Positions 9,325 to 17,649 of a stretch of DNA of 64,000 nucleotides are shown one piece after another (position 1 is the stretch's first letter; the number at the start of each line of letters is the position of its first letter). Location: positions 1,836 to 65,835 of the forward strand of contig CBDTTW010000001.1 of NCBI GenBank assembly GCA_965363675.1. The letters are read 5' to 3'. The translations under genes and the position numbers were made by a program. This stretch comes from an uncultured Rhodothermaceae bacterium. GTDB lineage: Bacteria > Bacteroidota > Rhodothermia > Rhodothermales > DASSAV01. A model generated the notes under the pieces. That model saw nothing but the letters and a program-made list of their open reading frames with translations. It was not told the origin of the DNA and did no database searches.

Positions 9325-9942
9325 TTACGCCTCCACCAGAGCTTTTCTGGGGGACGCCTGCATCATCCGTCGGAGGTTGAGCAGCGCATATCGCATGCGG
9401 CCCAACGCCGTGTTGATGGAGCAGTCCGTCAGTTCTGCGATTTCCCGGAAAGTCAGTTCTGCCTCCTGGCGCATCAGCAGCACCTCCCGCTGTTCGGGCG
9501 GCAGCCGCTCGATGCACGCATCCAGCAACTCCGATTGCTCCAGCCGGTGAATCTGCTCGTCCGCCGCGACGCCGTCGTCGGGGAGGGCGTCCCAGAACGA
9601 GGCGTCATCCTCGGCGGCGCGCCCGTCCACGTCCACCCATTTCTTGCGGCTGCGGAGGTGGTCGAGGGCGGCATTGCGCGCAATGCGCATGGTCCAGGCA
9701 AGCCAGCGGCCTTGCATTTCGTAACCGCCGCGCTGGTTGTTCAGCGCGGAGATGACGCGGAAGAACGTTTCCTGGAACAGGTCATTGGCGACTTCGCGAT
9801 CACGGACCATGCCCATCAGGTACCCGAACAGGCGTTCCTGATGCCGCTCGACCAACACGCGAAACGCGCGCTGGTCGCCGCGCTCAACGTACTGGGCGAC
9901 GAGCTCTTCGTCAGTCTGGTGCATGAAGTCGGATGCTTTCAC
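9325..9942 (-). CDS. ECF-type RNA polymerase sigma-70 family factor
   Basis: Region 2 'AFRVLVERHQERLFGYLMGMVRD..ANDLFQETFFRV' and region 4 'LPPEQREVLLMRQEAELTFREIAELTDCSINTALGRMRYAL'. Confidence 0.9.
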   Translation of the reverse strand: MKASDFMHQTDEELVAQYVERGDQRAFRVLVERHQERLFGYLMGMVRDREVANDLFQETFFRVISALNNQRGGYEMQGRWLAWTMRIARNAALDHLRSRKKWVDVDGRAAEDDASFWDALPDDGVAADEQIHRLEQSELLDACIERLPPEQREVLLMRQEAELTFREIAELTDCSINTALGRMRYALLNLRRMMQASPRKALVEA

Positions 9943-10262
9943 GAGCGTTCTTCAGTCAGCGAATGCAACAGGCAGGAGGTCGGTCCCGCCCGGCGCATTC
10001 GGCTGCCTCCGGACGTCTCGCTGACATATCCTGATCTGTCGCATTAACGCGCTTCTTAAGACCTTTGGTATAACGGCACGCAAATAAAATACCGGGGCCC
10101 CGAAGCGCGGGGGGCATAAATGCGTCCAGCCGAAAACGCGCCTCAAAGGCGGTTTGATCGATTCTTCGGCCGCCGGACGCGCCGGCGGCGACCGCTAAAC
10201 TATACATCCTAGCGCGCGCGTGCACACTTTACTGAACAACCGGCGGGGCGCATGAACGGCAA

Positions 10263-10291
10263 ACAGGCGCTCCGAAGCTCGGAGCGCCTGT
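10263..10291 (-). terminator. Hairpin downstream of rlpA, a likely intrinsic terminator
   Basis: Near-perfect stem acaggcgctccg / cggagcgcctgt. On the minus strand it is followed by TTTGCCGTT, a short U-tract. Confidence 0.55.
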
Positions 10292-10315
10292 CTTTCACAA
10301 GAAGCCTTGCGGGGT

Positions 10316-10810
10316 TTAGCTTGCAGGCAGCAGCTCGATCCGGACGTTGGCCGTGCCGGCCTCCGCCATGTCGAGCGCGCCGGCGGCCTTCTCCGACACG
10401 TCCAGCACGCGGTCTTCGGCGTACGGGCCGCGGTCGTTGACGCGCACGATGATCGACTTGCCGTTCTCGACGTTCGTCACCCGAAGGCGCGAACCGAACG
10501 GCAGCGTCTTGTGCGCCGCCGTGAGCGCGTCGCCGTCGAAGCGCTCGCCGCTGGCCGTCGGGCGGCCCTCGAAGCCTGCCCCGTAAAAGCTGGCCTCGCC
10601 TTCCGCAATCAGCTTGCCCTGCTCGGTCATCGCCGCAGGACTTGCCGAACGGATGGCAGCGGCCGCAACGCGGCTGCTATCCGTGCGAGAAGTCGTCAGC
10701 ATCACTACGCCGGCGATCAGCATAAACACGGCAATGACAGCACCCGCGATCAGGTCCTTCTTGCGCCTAACAAGGTTCTTCATACGCGTCTCCGTTTGTT
10801 CGTTTAACAT
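10316..10810 (-). CDS. rlpA: Septal ring lytic transglycosylase RlpA-family protein (DPBB domain)
   Basis: 'GEASFYGAGFEGRPTASGERFDGDALTAAHKTLPFGSRLRVTNVENGKSIIVRVNDRGP'. The N-terminal TM is 'LIAGAVIAVFMLIAGVVML'. An alternative start is MKNLV at 10783. Confidence 0.9.
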   Translation of the reverse strand: MLNEQTETRMKNLVRRKKDLIAGAVIAVFMLIAGVVMLTTSRTDSSRVAAAAIRSASPAAMTEQGKLIAEGEASFYGAGFEGRPTASGERFDGDALTAAHKTLPFGSRLRVTNVENGKSIIVRVNDRGPYAEDRVLDVSEKAAGALDMAEAGTANVRIELLPAS

Positions 10811-11017
10811 ATATTTTCAACGCATCACGAAAGGTATTGTTCCTTAAGTCATTGTTTTTTATATTACTTGATTAGCCTTGTCCGAAAAATCCGGCGGCGC
10901 GGCGCCCCGAGGCATCCGGCGGGCAATACGGCGGCCCCGCAGGGGCGCGGCGGAACAACGCGCGGCCTCGGGGCATCTATCAACGCTGTCGCCGATGCTC
11001 GCCTGACCTTGCCCGAC

Positions 11018-11572
11018 ATGACCTTTCTCCGCTATAGCCGCCGCTCGGCGCTGCCTGTGCTCGCCGCGCTCGTCCTGGCGCTCGGCGGCTGCGACGCCGG
11101 CATCACCATGAAGGACCCGGTGTTTCTGACGCAGGAGCTTACGTTCCGCTTTTCGTTCGACGAGGAGGACATCAACTCCGGCAAGCTCTCCTCGCTGCGC
11201 TCGGAGCAGCGGATCAACCTCGACGATTTGCTCGAAGACGGGTACACCAAGGACGACATCAAAAGCGCGAACGTGGCGCTCGTGGAGCTGGTGCGCGGGC
11301 AGCCCGCCGGCGTCAAGCTCAACGACATCTTCAGCGAGGTGAACGTGCTGCTCTCGTACTCGGAGCAGGTGTTCGAGCTGGTGGCCTCGGCGGACAACGT
11401 AGGGGCGCAGGACCGCATACAGCCCCGGCTTGCGGAGAAGTCCGACCCCCGGAAAGTCCTGACGAAGCCGAACTTTGAAGCGGTGCTCGAAATCAAGCCG
11501 CGCGAGCTTACCCCCGCGACCTACGTGCTGACGGCCCGTATGGTGCTGACGCTGGAGATGCGCGGCTCGTGA
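11018..11572 (+). CDS. Hypothetical lipoprotein
   Basis: Start re-picked at MTFLRYSRRSALPVLAALVLALGGC (lipobox LGGC). I recognise no family. Confidence 0.6.
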   Translation: MTFLRYSRRSALPVLAALVLALGGCDAGITMKDPVFLTQELTFRFSFDEEDINSGKLSSLRSEQRINLDDLLEDGYTKDDIKSANVALVELVRGQPAGVKLNDIFSEVNVLLSYSEQVFELVASADNVGAQDRIQPRLAEKSDPRKVLTKPNFEAVLEIKPRELTPATYVLTARMVLTLEMRGS

Positions 11573-11581
11573 GGCGGACCG

Positions 11582-11980
11582 TCAGCGTACGGCGATGCAC
11601 GAAATTTCGACGCGCGCGCCACGGGGCAGGGCGCTGACCTGAACGGCCTCGCGGGCCGGGGGCATGTCCGCCGAGAAGTAGCGGGCGTAGACCTCGTTGA
11701 TGGCGGCATAGTCCGCCATGTCGGTCATGTACACGGTGCACCGCACGACGCAATCGAAGCCGAGGCCGGCGGCCTTCAGGACGCCGCCGAGGTTTTGGAG
11801 CGCCTGTTCCGCTTCGGCCTCTACGGTCGCGTTGACCAGAGCCCCCGTCGCCGGGTCGAGCGGCACCTGTCCGGAGCAGTAGAGCACGTCGCCGGCCATG
11901 ATGGCCTGGCTGTAGGGGCCGATGGCCGCCGGGGCGGTGGTCGTAGCAATGCGGGTGCGGCTTGTGGCGGGTTTATGCAT
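11582..11980 (-). CDS. ridA: RidA/YjgF-family reactive-intermediate (enamine/imine) deaminase
   Basis: 'APAAIGPYSQAI..GDVLYCSGQVPLDP.TG.....VEAEAEQALQNL..VL.AAG......V.CTVYM.DM.DYAAINEVY..YF....PAR..VQV..LP.GA.VEI'. Confidence 0.92.
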   Translation of the reverse strand: MHKPATSRTRIATTTAPAAIGPYSQAIMAGDVLYCSGQVPLDPATGALVNATVEAEAEQALQNLGGVLKAAGLGFDCVVRCTVYMTDMADYAAINEVYARYFSADMPPAREAVQVSALPRGARVEISCIAVR

Positions 11981-12148
11981 GGCGCAGCAAGGAAGCGGTA
12001 GGGTAGAGGCGTCGGCGCGCGGCTAACATCACCCGCAGCGTTTGTATACTCAAGCGAATATTTAATGGACAGGCGCAGAGCAGGCTATTTTATCCTCTCG
12101 CCGCTGCGTATTCACACGTTCTCTACCCTGAAAGCACGCATACCCCTC

Positions 12149-12955
12149 ATGAACCTACAACTAAACGGTAAAACCGCTTTCGTGGCGGGGGCCAGCGCCG
12201 GGCTCGGCTATGCCGTCGCCGAGGCGCTGCTGGCCGAGGGCTGCCGCGTGGCGATCTGCTCGCGGAATGCCGAGCGCATCGAGGCCGCCGCCGAGCGCCT
12301 GCGCGCCGCCGCGCCCGGCGGCGAGGCGCTGCCGCTCGTGTGCGATGTCGCCGACGAGGAGGCCATCGAGGCGGCCGTACAGCGCACCCTGGAGGCGTTT
12401 GGTCGCCTGCACATCCTCGTCACGAACGCCGGGGGCCCGCCCTCGGGGGCCGTCGCGGAGCACGCCTCCGAGGCCTGGCGGCGCGCCTTCGAGCTGAACC
12501 TGCTCGGCACGGTCAACCTGTGCCGGAGCGCGCTGCCCGCGCTTGCCGAGGCGGCCGCCGTGGACGGACACGCGCGCATCCTCATGATCACGTCGGTCTC
12601 GGCCAAGCAACCCATTCCGGGCCTGGTGCTCTCGAACGCGCTGCGGGCGGGCGTGCAGGGCTTTGCCAAGACCCTTGCCGACGAGGTGGGGCCGCTCGGC
12701 ATCACGGTGAATACCCTGCTGCCCGGCTACACGCGCACGGACCGCCTGACGGACCTGCGCGAGGGGGCGGCGGCAAAGACGGGCAAAACGGCCGAGGAGG
12801 TGGAAGGGGCCTGGGCCGAAGCGACGGCGCTGAGGCGCATCGCCGAGCCGCACGAGTTTGCGGCGGCGGCGGCGTTTCTGGCATCCGGGCGCGCCTCCTA
12901 CATCACCGGCATCGCGTTGCCGGTGGACGGCGGCCGCTCGAAGCACGTGCTGTAG
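12149..12955 (+). CDS. SDR-family oxidoreductase (FabG-like)
   Basis: Start re-picked at MNLQLNGKTAFVAGASAGLGYAVA (TGxxxGxG-type motif). Also 'VTNAGG' and 'ASYITG..L.VDGG'. Confidence 0.85.
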   Translation: MNLQLNGKTAFVAGASAGLGYAVAEALLAEGCRVAICSRNAERIEAAAERLRAAAPGGEALPLVCDVADEEAIEAAVQRTLEAFGRLHILVTNAGGPPSGAVAEHASEAWRRAFELNLLGTVNLCRSALPALAEAAAVDGHARILMITSVSAKQPIPGLVLSNALRAGVQGFAKTLADEVGPLGITVNTLLPGYTRTDRLTDLREGAAAKTGKTAEEVEGAWAEATALRRIAEPHEFAAAAAFLASGRASYITGIALPVDGGRSKHVL

Positions 12956-13006
12956 CAAGCGTCAGGGCGCGCCGCCCAATGGCAGCCGCGCCGAAACGAG
13001 ACGGCT

Positions 13007-14008
13007 TCAGGGCGTCGCGGCTTCCGGTGCGGCGGCGTAGGCGCGCCAGGCGGCTTCCGCTTCGGCCGGCGCGGCGGCTCCGGTGTGCACGCGCGTGCGG
13101 TAGCGCAGCGTGAGCGCGGCGTGCGGGGGCAGCACGAGCGGCGCGTGGTAGAGCAGCGCAGGCGTAAAGAAGGCGTGGGCGCCCGTCTCGAACCAGACGT
13201 ACCACGGCGAAGGGCTGCGGGGGTTGGCCGGGTGGCTGAGCATCGTCAGTCCGCCCGCGCGGGCGCCGTTGCGGGCGCTCAGGTCCATCCAGCGCGCCGT
13301 GTGGCCGTCGCCGGTGAGCGACTCGCGGCGCTGCCGGCCTTCCGAGTCGAGAAAATGGTGGTCGGCAAGGCCCTCGTCGGCCCGCAGCGAGAGGCCGCCG
13401 TAGCCGCCCCACGTCTCGCCCCCGTAGGCGGCCGGCGGCGTCCGGTCCAGCGTCACCTCCCGGTCGAGCGCCGTAAAGCGCAGGCGCCAGTCGATGTCGT
13501 AGCCGCCGGCGGTGGGCGCCCCGACGGCAAGCGTGCGCTGCTCGGTGAGCACCGGTGCGCCCCCCTCGGGCGCATAGGCCAGGCCGAGCGTGATGCGGGC
13601 GCTGAAGTCCGCCGCCGGGACGGCCTCGACGCTCCGGATGAGCGTGCGGCCGGCGGCGAGCCCGCGCGCAGGGTCTTCCTCCCAGTAGTTTACGCCGTTG
13701 ATGAGTTTCCACGAGAACCAGAGCCCTCGATGCCAGGGGTGATCGGTCGGTCGGAGCCCGGCCAGATCCAGGCCCTCCGGCGTGCGGAGCGGGTAGAAGT
13801 ACGGCTTGTCCTGCTCGGAGTCGTAGTTGAGTTGCCACAGCGGCGCGTCGCCGCGCATCAGTGCAAGCGTGCGGCGGTCCTGCCGCCATGCATAGGCAGA
13901 GGCAGGGCCGCGCGCGGAGGCGCACCCGGCCAGCGCCAGCGCTCCGGCGAGTGCGGCAAACTGCCGGCGGGAGATGGGCGCGCCGCCGGGCGTAAGGGGA
14001 GAGTTCAT
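13007..14008 (-). CDS. PmoA-family protein (DUF6807), probably exported
   Basis: 'KPYFYPL..P.G......P.DHPWHRGLWFSWK.INGVNYWEE'. The N-terminus 'ISRRQFAALAGALALAGC' is Tat/lipoprotein-like. Its start overlaps the upstream stop as ATGA (14005-14008). Confidence 0.7.
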   Translation of the reverse strand: MNSPLTPGGAPISRRQFAALAGALALAGCASARGPASAYAWRQDRRTLALMRGDAPLWQLNYDSEQDKPYFYPLRTPEGLDLAGLRPTDHPWHRGLWFSWKLINGVNYWEEDPARGLAAGRTLIRSVEAVPAADFSARITLGLAYAPEGGAPVLTEQRTLAVGAPTAGGYDIDWRLRFTALDREVTLDRTPPAAYGGETWGGYGGLSLRADEGLADHHFLDSEGRQRRESLTGDGHTARWMDLSARNGARAGGLTMLSHPANPRSPSPWYVWFETGAHAFFTPALLYHAPLVLPPHAALTLRYRTRVHTGAAAPAEAEAAWRAYAAAPEAATP

Positions 14009-15225
14009 GCCTTTGGGAGCGACCATTCCGGCTGCCACTCCACGCGCGCTTTGCGCTGGTAGGCCAGGTTGCCGATGTGGCAGGCCATCGACGAGTAATA
14101 GCCCGCCGTCGCATCGGCGTTGGGCGTCTGCCGGGACTTCACGCAGGCCAGCCAGTTCTCCATGTGCGCCTCCTCGGGCGTCCAGCCGCCGGTGAGCTTG
14201 CCTACGGCTTTGTTCGCCTCGGCGGGCTCGTAGGTGTAGCCGCCCCGAAAAATCGAGAGGCGCCCGCCCGTGCCCATGAATACGATGTCGGCGGCGCCCA
14301 GGTCGGTCAGGCTCGCCTCGAACGTGACGTTCAGGTGGTCCGGGTATTCGAGGATCAGGTTGATATTGTCCGGCGTGTCGCGGCCGTCATCGTACTGGTA
14401 GATGCCGCCGCCGGCCACCGCCGCGAGCGGCTGGTGATTGTCGAGGAACCAATGGACGACATCGACCATGTGGACGAAAAGCCCGCCGGTCTGCCCGCCG
14501 GTCGATACGTCCCAGTAGGCGAAGCGGTTGAAATAGCGCTTGGGGTCCCACGGGATGCGCGGCAGGGGGCCGAGCCACGCGTCCCAGTCCAGCCCGGCCG
14601 GTTTGCGTTCCATACCGGGCGGCGGGATCGTCACGTAGCCGCTGTTGCCGTTCCAGAGGGTGCGGACCATGTGCACCTTGCCGAGCAGCCCCGGCGCGAC
14701 GATGCGCCGGCGCGCCTCCTGGAAGTTTGCCATCGAGCGCTGCTGCATGCCGACCTGCACGATGCGGTCGGAAGCGCGCACGGCCTGCACCACCTCGGCG
14801 CCTTGCTCGGGGCGCGAGGTCATCGGCTTCTCGACGTACACGTCCTTGCCCGCCCGGACGGCCTCGATGGTCAGGTGGGCGTGGTGGTGGTCGGGCGTGG
14901 CAATGATGACCGCGTCGAGGTCGTCGCGGTGGAGCAGGTCGCGGTAGTCGGCGTAGGCGCGCACGCCGGAGGTGCGTGTCGCGGCGGCGCCTTCCTCGCG
15001 CCGCTGGTCCCAGATGTCCGAGACGGCCGCCCACTCCACGCCGCCGACGTTGGCGGCGACTTTGTGGACGGCGCTCATGAGGTACTTGCCGCGGTCGCCG
15101 GTCCCGATGATGCCCAGGCGGATGCGCTCGGCCGCGCCGAGCGTGCGGCGCGCCGAGAGCGCGCTAAGGCCGACGGCCGCGGAGGTGGCGGCCAGGAAAG
15201 AGCGTCGGGTAAGGGGAGAGGCCAT
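14005..15225 (-). CDS. Gfo/Idh/MocA-family oxidoreductase with a twin-arginine (Tat) signal
   Basis: Start re-picked at MASPLTRRSFLAATSAAVGLSALSA (cat at 15223-15225), followed by the Rossmann segment 'IRLGIIGTGDRGKY' and 'LLHRDDLDAVIIATPDHHHA'. Confidence 0.88.
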   Translation of the reverse strand: MASPLTRRSFLAATSAAVGLSALSARRTLGAAERIRLGIIGTGDRGKYLMSAVHKVAANVGGVEWAAVSDIWDQRREEGAAATRTSGVRAYADYRDLLHRDDLDAVIIATPDHHHAHLTIEAVRAGKDVYVEKPMTSRPEQGAEVVQAVRASDRIVQVGMQQRSMANFQEARRRIVAPGLLGKVHMVRTLWNGNSGYVTIPPPGMERKPAGLDWDAWLGPLPRIPWDPKRYFNRFAYWDVSTGGQTGGLFVHMVDVVHWFLDNHQPLAAVAGGGIYQYDDGRDTPDNINLILEYPDHLNVTFEASLTDLGAADIVFMGTGGRLSIFRGGYTYEPAEANKAVGKLTGGWTPEEAHMENWLACVKSRQTPNADATAGYYSSMACHIGNLAYQRKARVEWQPEWSLPKA

Positions 15226-15250
15226 ATGTAGAGGCGGGATAAGAGGACGG

Positions 15251-16099
15251 TTAGAGTTCGGCGCCGAGCGCCAGCAGGTAGTCGCGGCTGCGCAGCAGGT
15301 TGTCGTCGCCGGCGACCTCAAGGGTAGCATACGGAAGGTGCGGCGCGTCGGCCAGCGCCTCGTACACGCCGCGCAGGTCGATGGCGCCCTCGCCGAGCGC
15401 AATCGGCCCCATGCCGCAGCCGTACTGCGTGCCGCGCCGGGCTTCCCAATCGGCCGGGAGGTCCTTCCAGTGCACATGCCGGATCTCGTCGCGGAACGCG
15501 CGAGCGAAGGCCACCGGGTCGGCGCCGCCCAGCCATGCGTTGCCCGTATCGAGGTTGACGCCGAGCGCAGCGGGGCGCCCGAGGCGGTCCATGAGGGCGT
15601 TCATGCCGTCGATGGAGTCGGTCAGGATGCCGTGAGGCTCCAGCAGGAGTTCCACGCCGAGCGCTTCGGCCAGGCGGAGCGGCTCGTGCAGCTTCTCGGC
15701 CGCGACGAACACGCGCTCGGCGTGCGAGAGGCCATGCCCCCACGGCGTTTTGGGGTCGCCTTCGGTCGTGATGACGTGGCGCACGCCCAGCCCGGCGGCC
15801 AGGCGGACGGCTTTGTAGATCTCGTTGGCGCCGTAGCGGGCGGGCGAGCTGGCGTCGAGCAGGTTGGCATGCGCGCACACACTCGTGATAGTTAGGCCGT
15901 GCCGGTCGAAAAGCGCGCGCACGTCGGCCGGGTTATCGTCCAGGCTGACGGCGGCGGCGAAGCCGAACTCGCGGCCGAGCAAACCGCCCGAATGGTTCTC
16001 CGTCACGTCGGCGCAGCGGAAGCCCAGGGCGGCGATGCGCGCAAGCTGATGATCCAGCACCTGAAACGGGTCGAGCAGGGCAAAGCATCCAATCTTCAT
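15251..16099 (-). CDS. Sugar phosphate isomerase/epimerase (xylose isomerase-like TIM barrel)
   Basis: Start re-picked at MKIGCFAL (cat at 16097-16099). 'GVELLLEPHG', 'LGVNLDTGN' and 'HVHWKD' are typical of the AP_endonuc_2/TIM family. Confidence 0.8.
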   Translation of the reverse strand: MKIGCFALLDPFQVLDHQLARIAALGFRCADVTENHSGGLLGREFGFAAAVSLDDNPADVRALFDRHGLTITSVCAHANLLDASSPARYGANEIYKAVRLAAGLGVRHVITTEGDPKTPWGHGLSHAERVFVAAEKLHEPLRLAEALGVELLLEPHGILTDSIDGMNALMDRLGRPAALGVNLDTGNAWLGGADPVAFARAFRDEIRHVHWKDLPADWEARRGTQYGCGMGPIALGEGAIDLRGVYEALADAPHLPYATLEVAGDDNLLRSRDYLLALGAEL

Positions 16100-16179
16100 A
16101 GGTTCTCGGCGGCGCAATGAATAGATTCGAACATCCCGCGAAGCGATTTCGCTGTTTCAAAAAATAGCCTTACGCTTCC

Positions 16180-17199
16180 ATGGGTTCGTTTGAAATCTTG
16201 CACCGGCTAAAATCGAACATGCCCACCTCGGACCGCCGCCCTGACTCCTGCGAGCCGCTCAAGGCGGCCCACGCCGCCGGCCGCCTCGACATGGCCGCCC
16301 TGGCGCGCGGTCAGTATCCGGGCCGCCCTATGCCGCCGGGGCTGCTGCCCGGCGTGTCGAGCGTCGGCTACTGGGACGCGACCACGCCGCAGACCTGGGG
16401 GCTGGACTGGCACTGCAACGAGGGCATCGAACTGACCTTCCTGGAAACCGGAGCCATGCCCTTTGCCGTCGATGGCGGGGCGTATCTGCTGCTGCCGGAT
16501 CAGTTTACCATCACCCGGCCGTGGCAGCCGCACCGCGTCGGCGATCCGCATGTGCACGTCGGGCGGCTGCACTGGGTGATCCTCGACGTGGGCGTGCGGC
16601 GGCCGCATCAGGCATGGCGGTGGCCCGCGTGGCTGCTTCTGGCCCGCCGCGACCTGGACGAGCTGACGACGATGCTGCGCTGCAACGAGCAGCACGTCTG
16701 GTCCGCCGATCCGGCCCTACGGGCGTGCTTCCGGCGCCTTAGCGAGGCCGTGCGCCGCGCCGAGGCCGACCCCTCCGCCGCCGAGTCGTGGTTGCGGCTG
16801 CACCTCAACGCCCTCATGCTGCACCTGCTGGAGCACTTCCGCCGCCACGCGATTGCGCTGAGCGAAGCGCTGACCGACTCGCGCCGGAGCGTGGCCTTGT
16901 TCCTGGCCGAGCTTGAAACCCAGCTCGACCGTCCGTGGACGCTTGCGGAAATGGCGACGCACTGCGGCCTGGGGGCCACGCGCTTCACTGAGTACTGCCG
17001 GCAAATCACGAACCGCCCGCCGGCGCGCTACCTGAACGACCTGCGCCTCGAAGCCGCCGCCGCGCGGCTGCGCGCCGACGCGGCATGCAGCGTCACGGAG
17101 GCGGCGCTGGCGTGCGGCTTCAGCTCGGGGCAGTACTTTGCCACGGCCTTCCGCCGCCGCTACGGCTGCGCTCCCGGCGCCTGGCGCGCGGCGGGCTGA
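16180..17199 (+). CDS. AraC-family transcriptional regulator
   Basis: C-terminal double HTH 'WTLAEMATHCGLGATRFTEYCRQITNRPPARYLNDLRLEAAAARL....SVTEAALACGFSSGQYFATAFRRRYGCAPGAWR'. An alternative start is MPTSD at 16219. Confidence 0.88.
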   Translation: MGSFEILHRLKSNMPTSDRRPDSCEPLKAAHAAGRLDMAALARGQYPGRPMPPGLLPGVSSVGYWDATTPQTWGLDWHCNEGIELTFLETGAMPFAVDGGAYLLLPDQFTITRPWQPHRVGDPHVHVGRLHWVILDVGVRRPHQAWRWPAWLLLARRDLDELTTMLRCNEQHVWSADPALRACFRRLSEAVRRAEADPSAAESWLRLHLNALMLHLLEHFRRHAIALSEALTDSRRSVALFLAELETQLDRPWTLAEMATHCGLGATRFTEYCRQITNRPPARYLNDLRLEAAAARLRADAACSVTEAALACGFSSGQYFATAFRRRYGCAPGAWRAAG

Positions 17200-17275
17200 G
17201 GCCCCGCCGGGCCGTTCGTCGGGGCCTGCATGTGTAGAAAAACACAGCATTTCAGAGCATCCGGGTTGCTGTTAC

Positions 17276-17305
17276 AAGAAGGTGTTACCCTCGTAACACC
17301 TTCTT
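17276..17305. promoter_or_regulatory. Perfect 13-bp inverted repeat with a 4-nt spacer (operator or stable RNA hairpin)
   Basis: aagaaggtgttac cctc gtaacaccttctt. It lies 77 nt after the AraC stop and 90 nt before the small ORF at 17396. No T-tract follows. Confidence 0.5.
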
Positions 17306-17353
17306 CCATTGAAGGCGATTTCTTTTTGCCCTTTCGTCGGTTTACTCCTCTGC

Positions 17354-17370
17354 TGGCATCCTGGCAGCAT
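17354..17370 (+). promoter_or_regulatory. Candidate sigma-54 (-24/-12) promoter-like element
   Basis: TGGCAT-ccTGG-caGCAt has GG (17355-56) and GC (17367-68) separated by 10 nt. It is about 28 nt upstream of the ATG at 17396, which has a GGAGA RBS. The -12 box is imperfect and no enhancer-binding protein is in the window. Confidence 0.3.
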
Positions 17371-17395
17371 CTCATCGGCACACCTGGAGAAACCT

Positions 17396-17596
17396 ATGGA
17401 CGAACAAGCGACGCCCAAACCCGGCGTCTACGATACGCCCGACGGCGCTACGGAAAGCGGCAGCGTTGATGGCGCGCCCAAGAAGCTCGGCGTATACGAC
17501 CGGCCCACCGGCGGCGCGGCGCTCGTTCCCCAGAACCTCATATGGATTTTGCTGGTCGTCGCGCTTGTGATCGCCGCGGCTTACTTCCTGTTCTAA
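17396..17596 (+). CDS. Small tail-anchored membrane protein (66 aa) with an internal repeat
   Basis: GGAGA lies 6 nt upstream of the ATG. Repeat 'KPGVYDTPDG' / 'KLGVYDRPTG'. C-terminal TM 'LIWILLVVALVIAAAYFLF'. Confidence 0.55.
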   Translation: MDEQATPKPGVYDTPDGATESGSVDGAPKKLGVYDRPTGGAALVPQNLIWILLVVALVIAAAYFLF

Positions 17597-17649
17597 CGCG
17601 GCCCTCGGCCGCGCCTGCTCATCGTTTCGCTTTGCATCCTTTTCCCCCT

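Noticed and set aside
10035-10041. Shared 7-mer CGACAGA (minus-strand sense) upstream of both the ECF sigma gene (10035-10041) and the Spy-like gene (4543-4549), considered as an ECF promoter motif
   Set aside because: A single 7-mer match between two windows of about 120 nt is expected by chance. The spacing to plausible -10 elements differs, and in the Spy case it would sit almost on the start codon.
13007-14008. A 'PmoA' label suggesting a methane/ammonia monooxygenase subunit
   Set aside because: The protein is soluble or exported with no multi-pass membrane topology. There are no pmoB/pmoC neighbours and it sits in a sugar-oxidoreductase context, so the family name is historical (DUF6807).
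16155-16195. Inverted 7-mers tttcaaa / tttgaaa in the TIM-barrel/AraC divergent region, considered as an AraC operator
   Set aside because: The arms are AT-only 7-mers separated by 27 nt in an AT-richer promoter region. AraC sites are usually direct repeats, so the evidence is too weak to call. It does argue slightly for the later AraC start at 16219.
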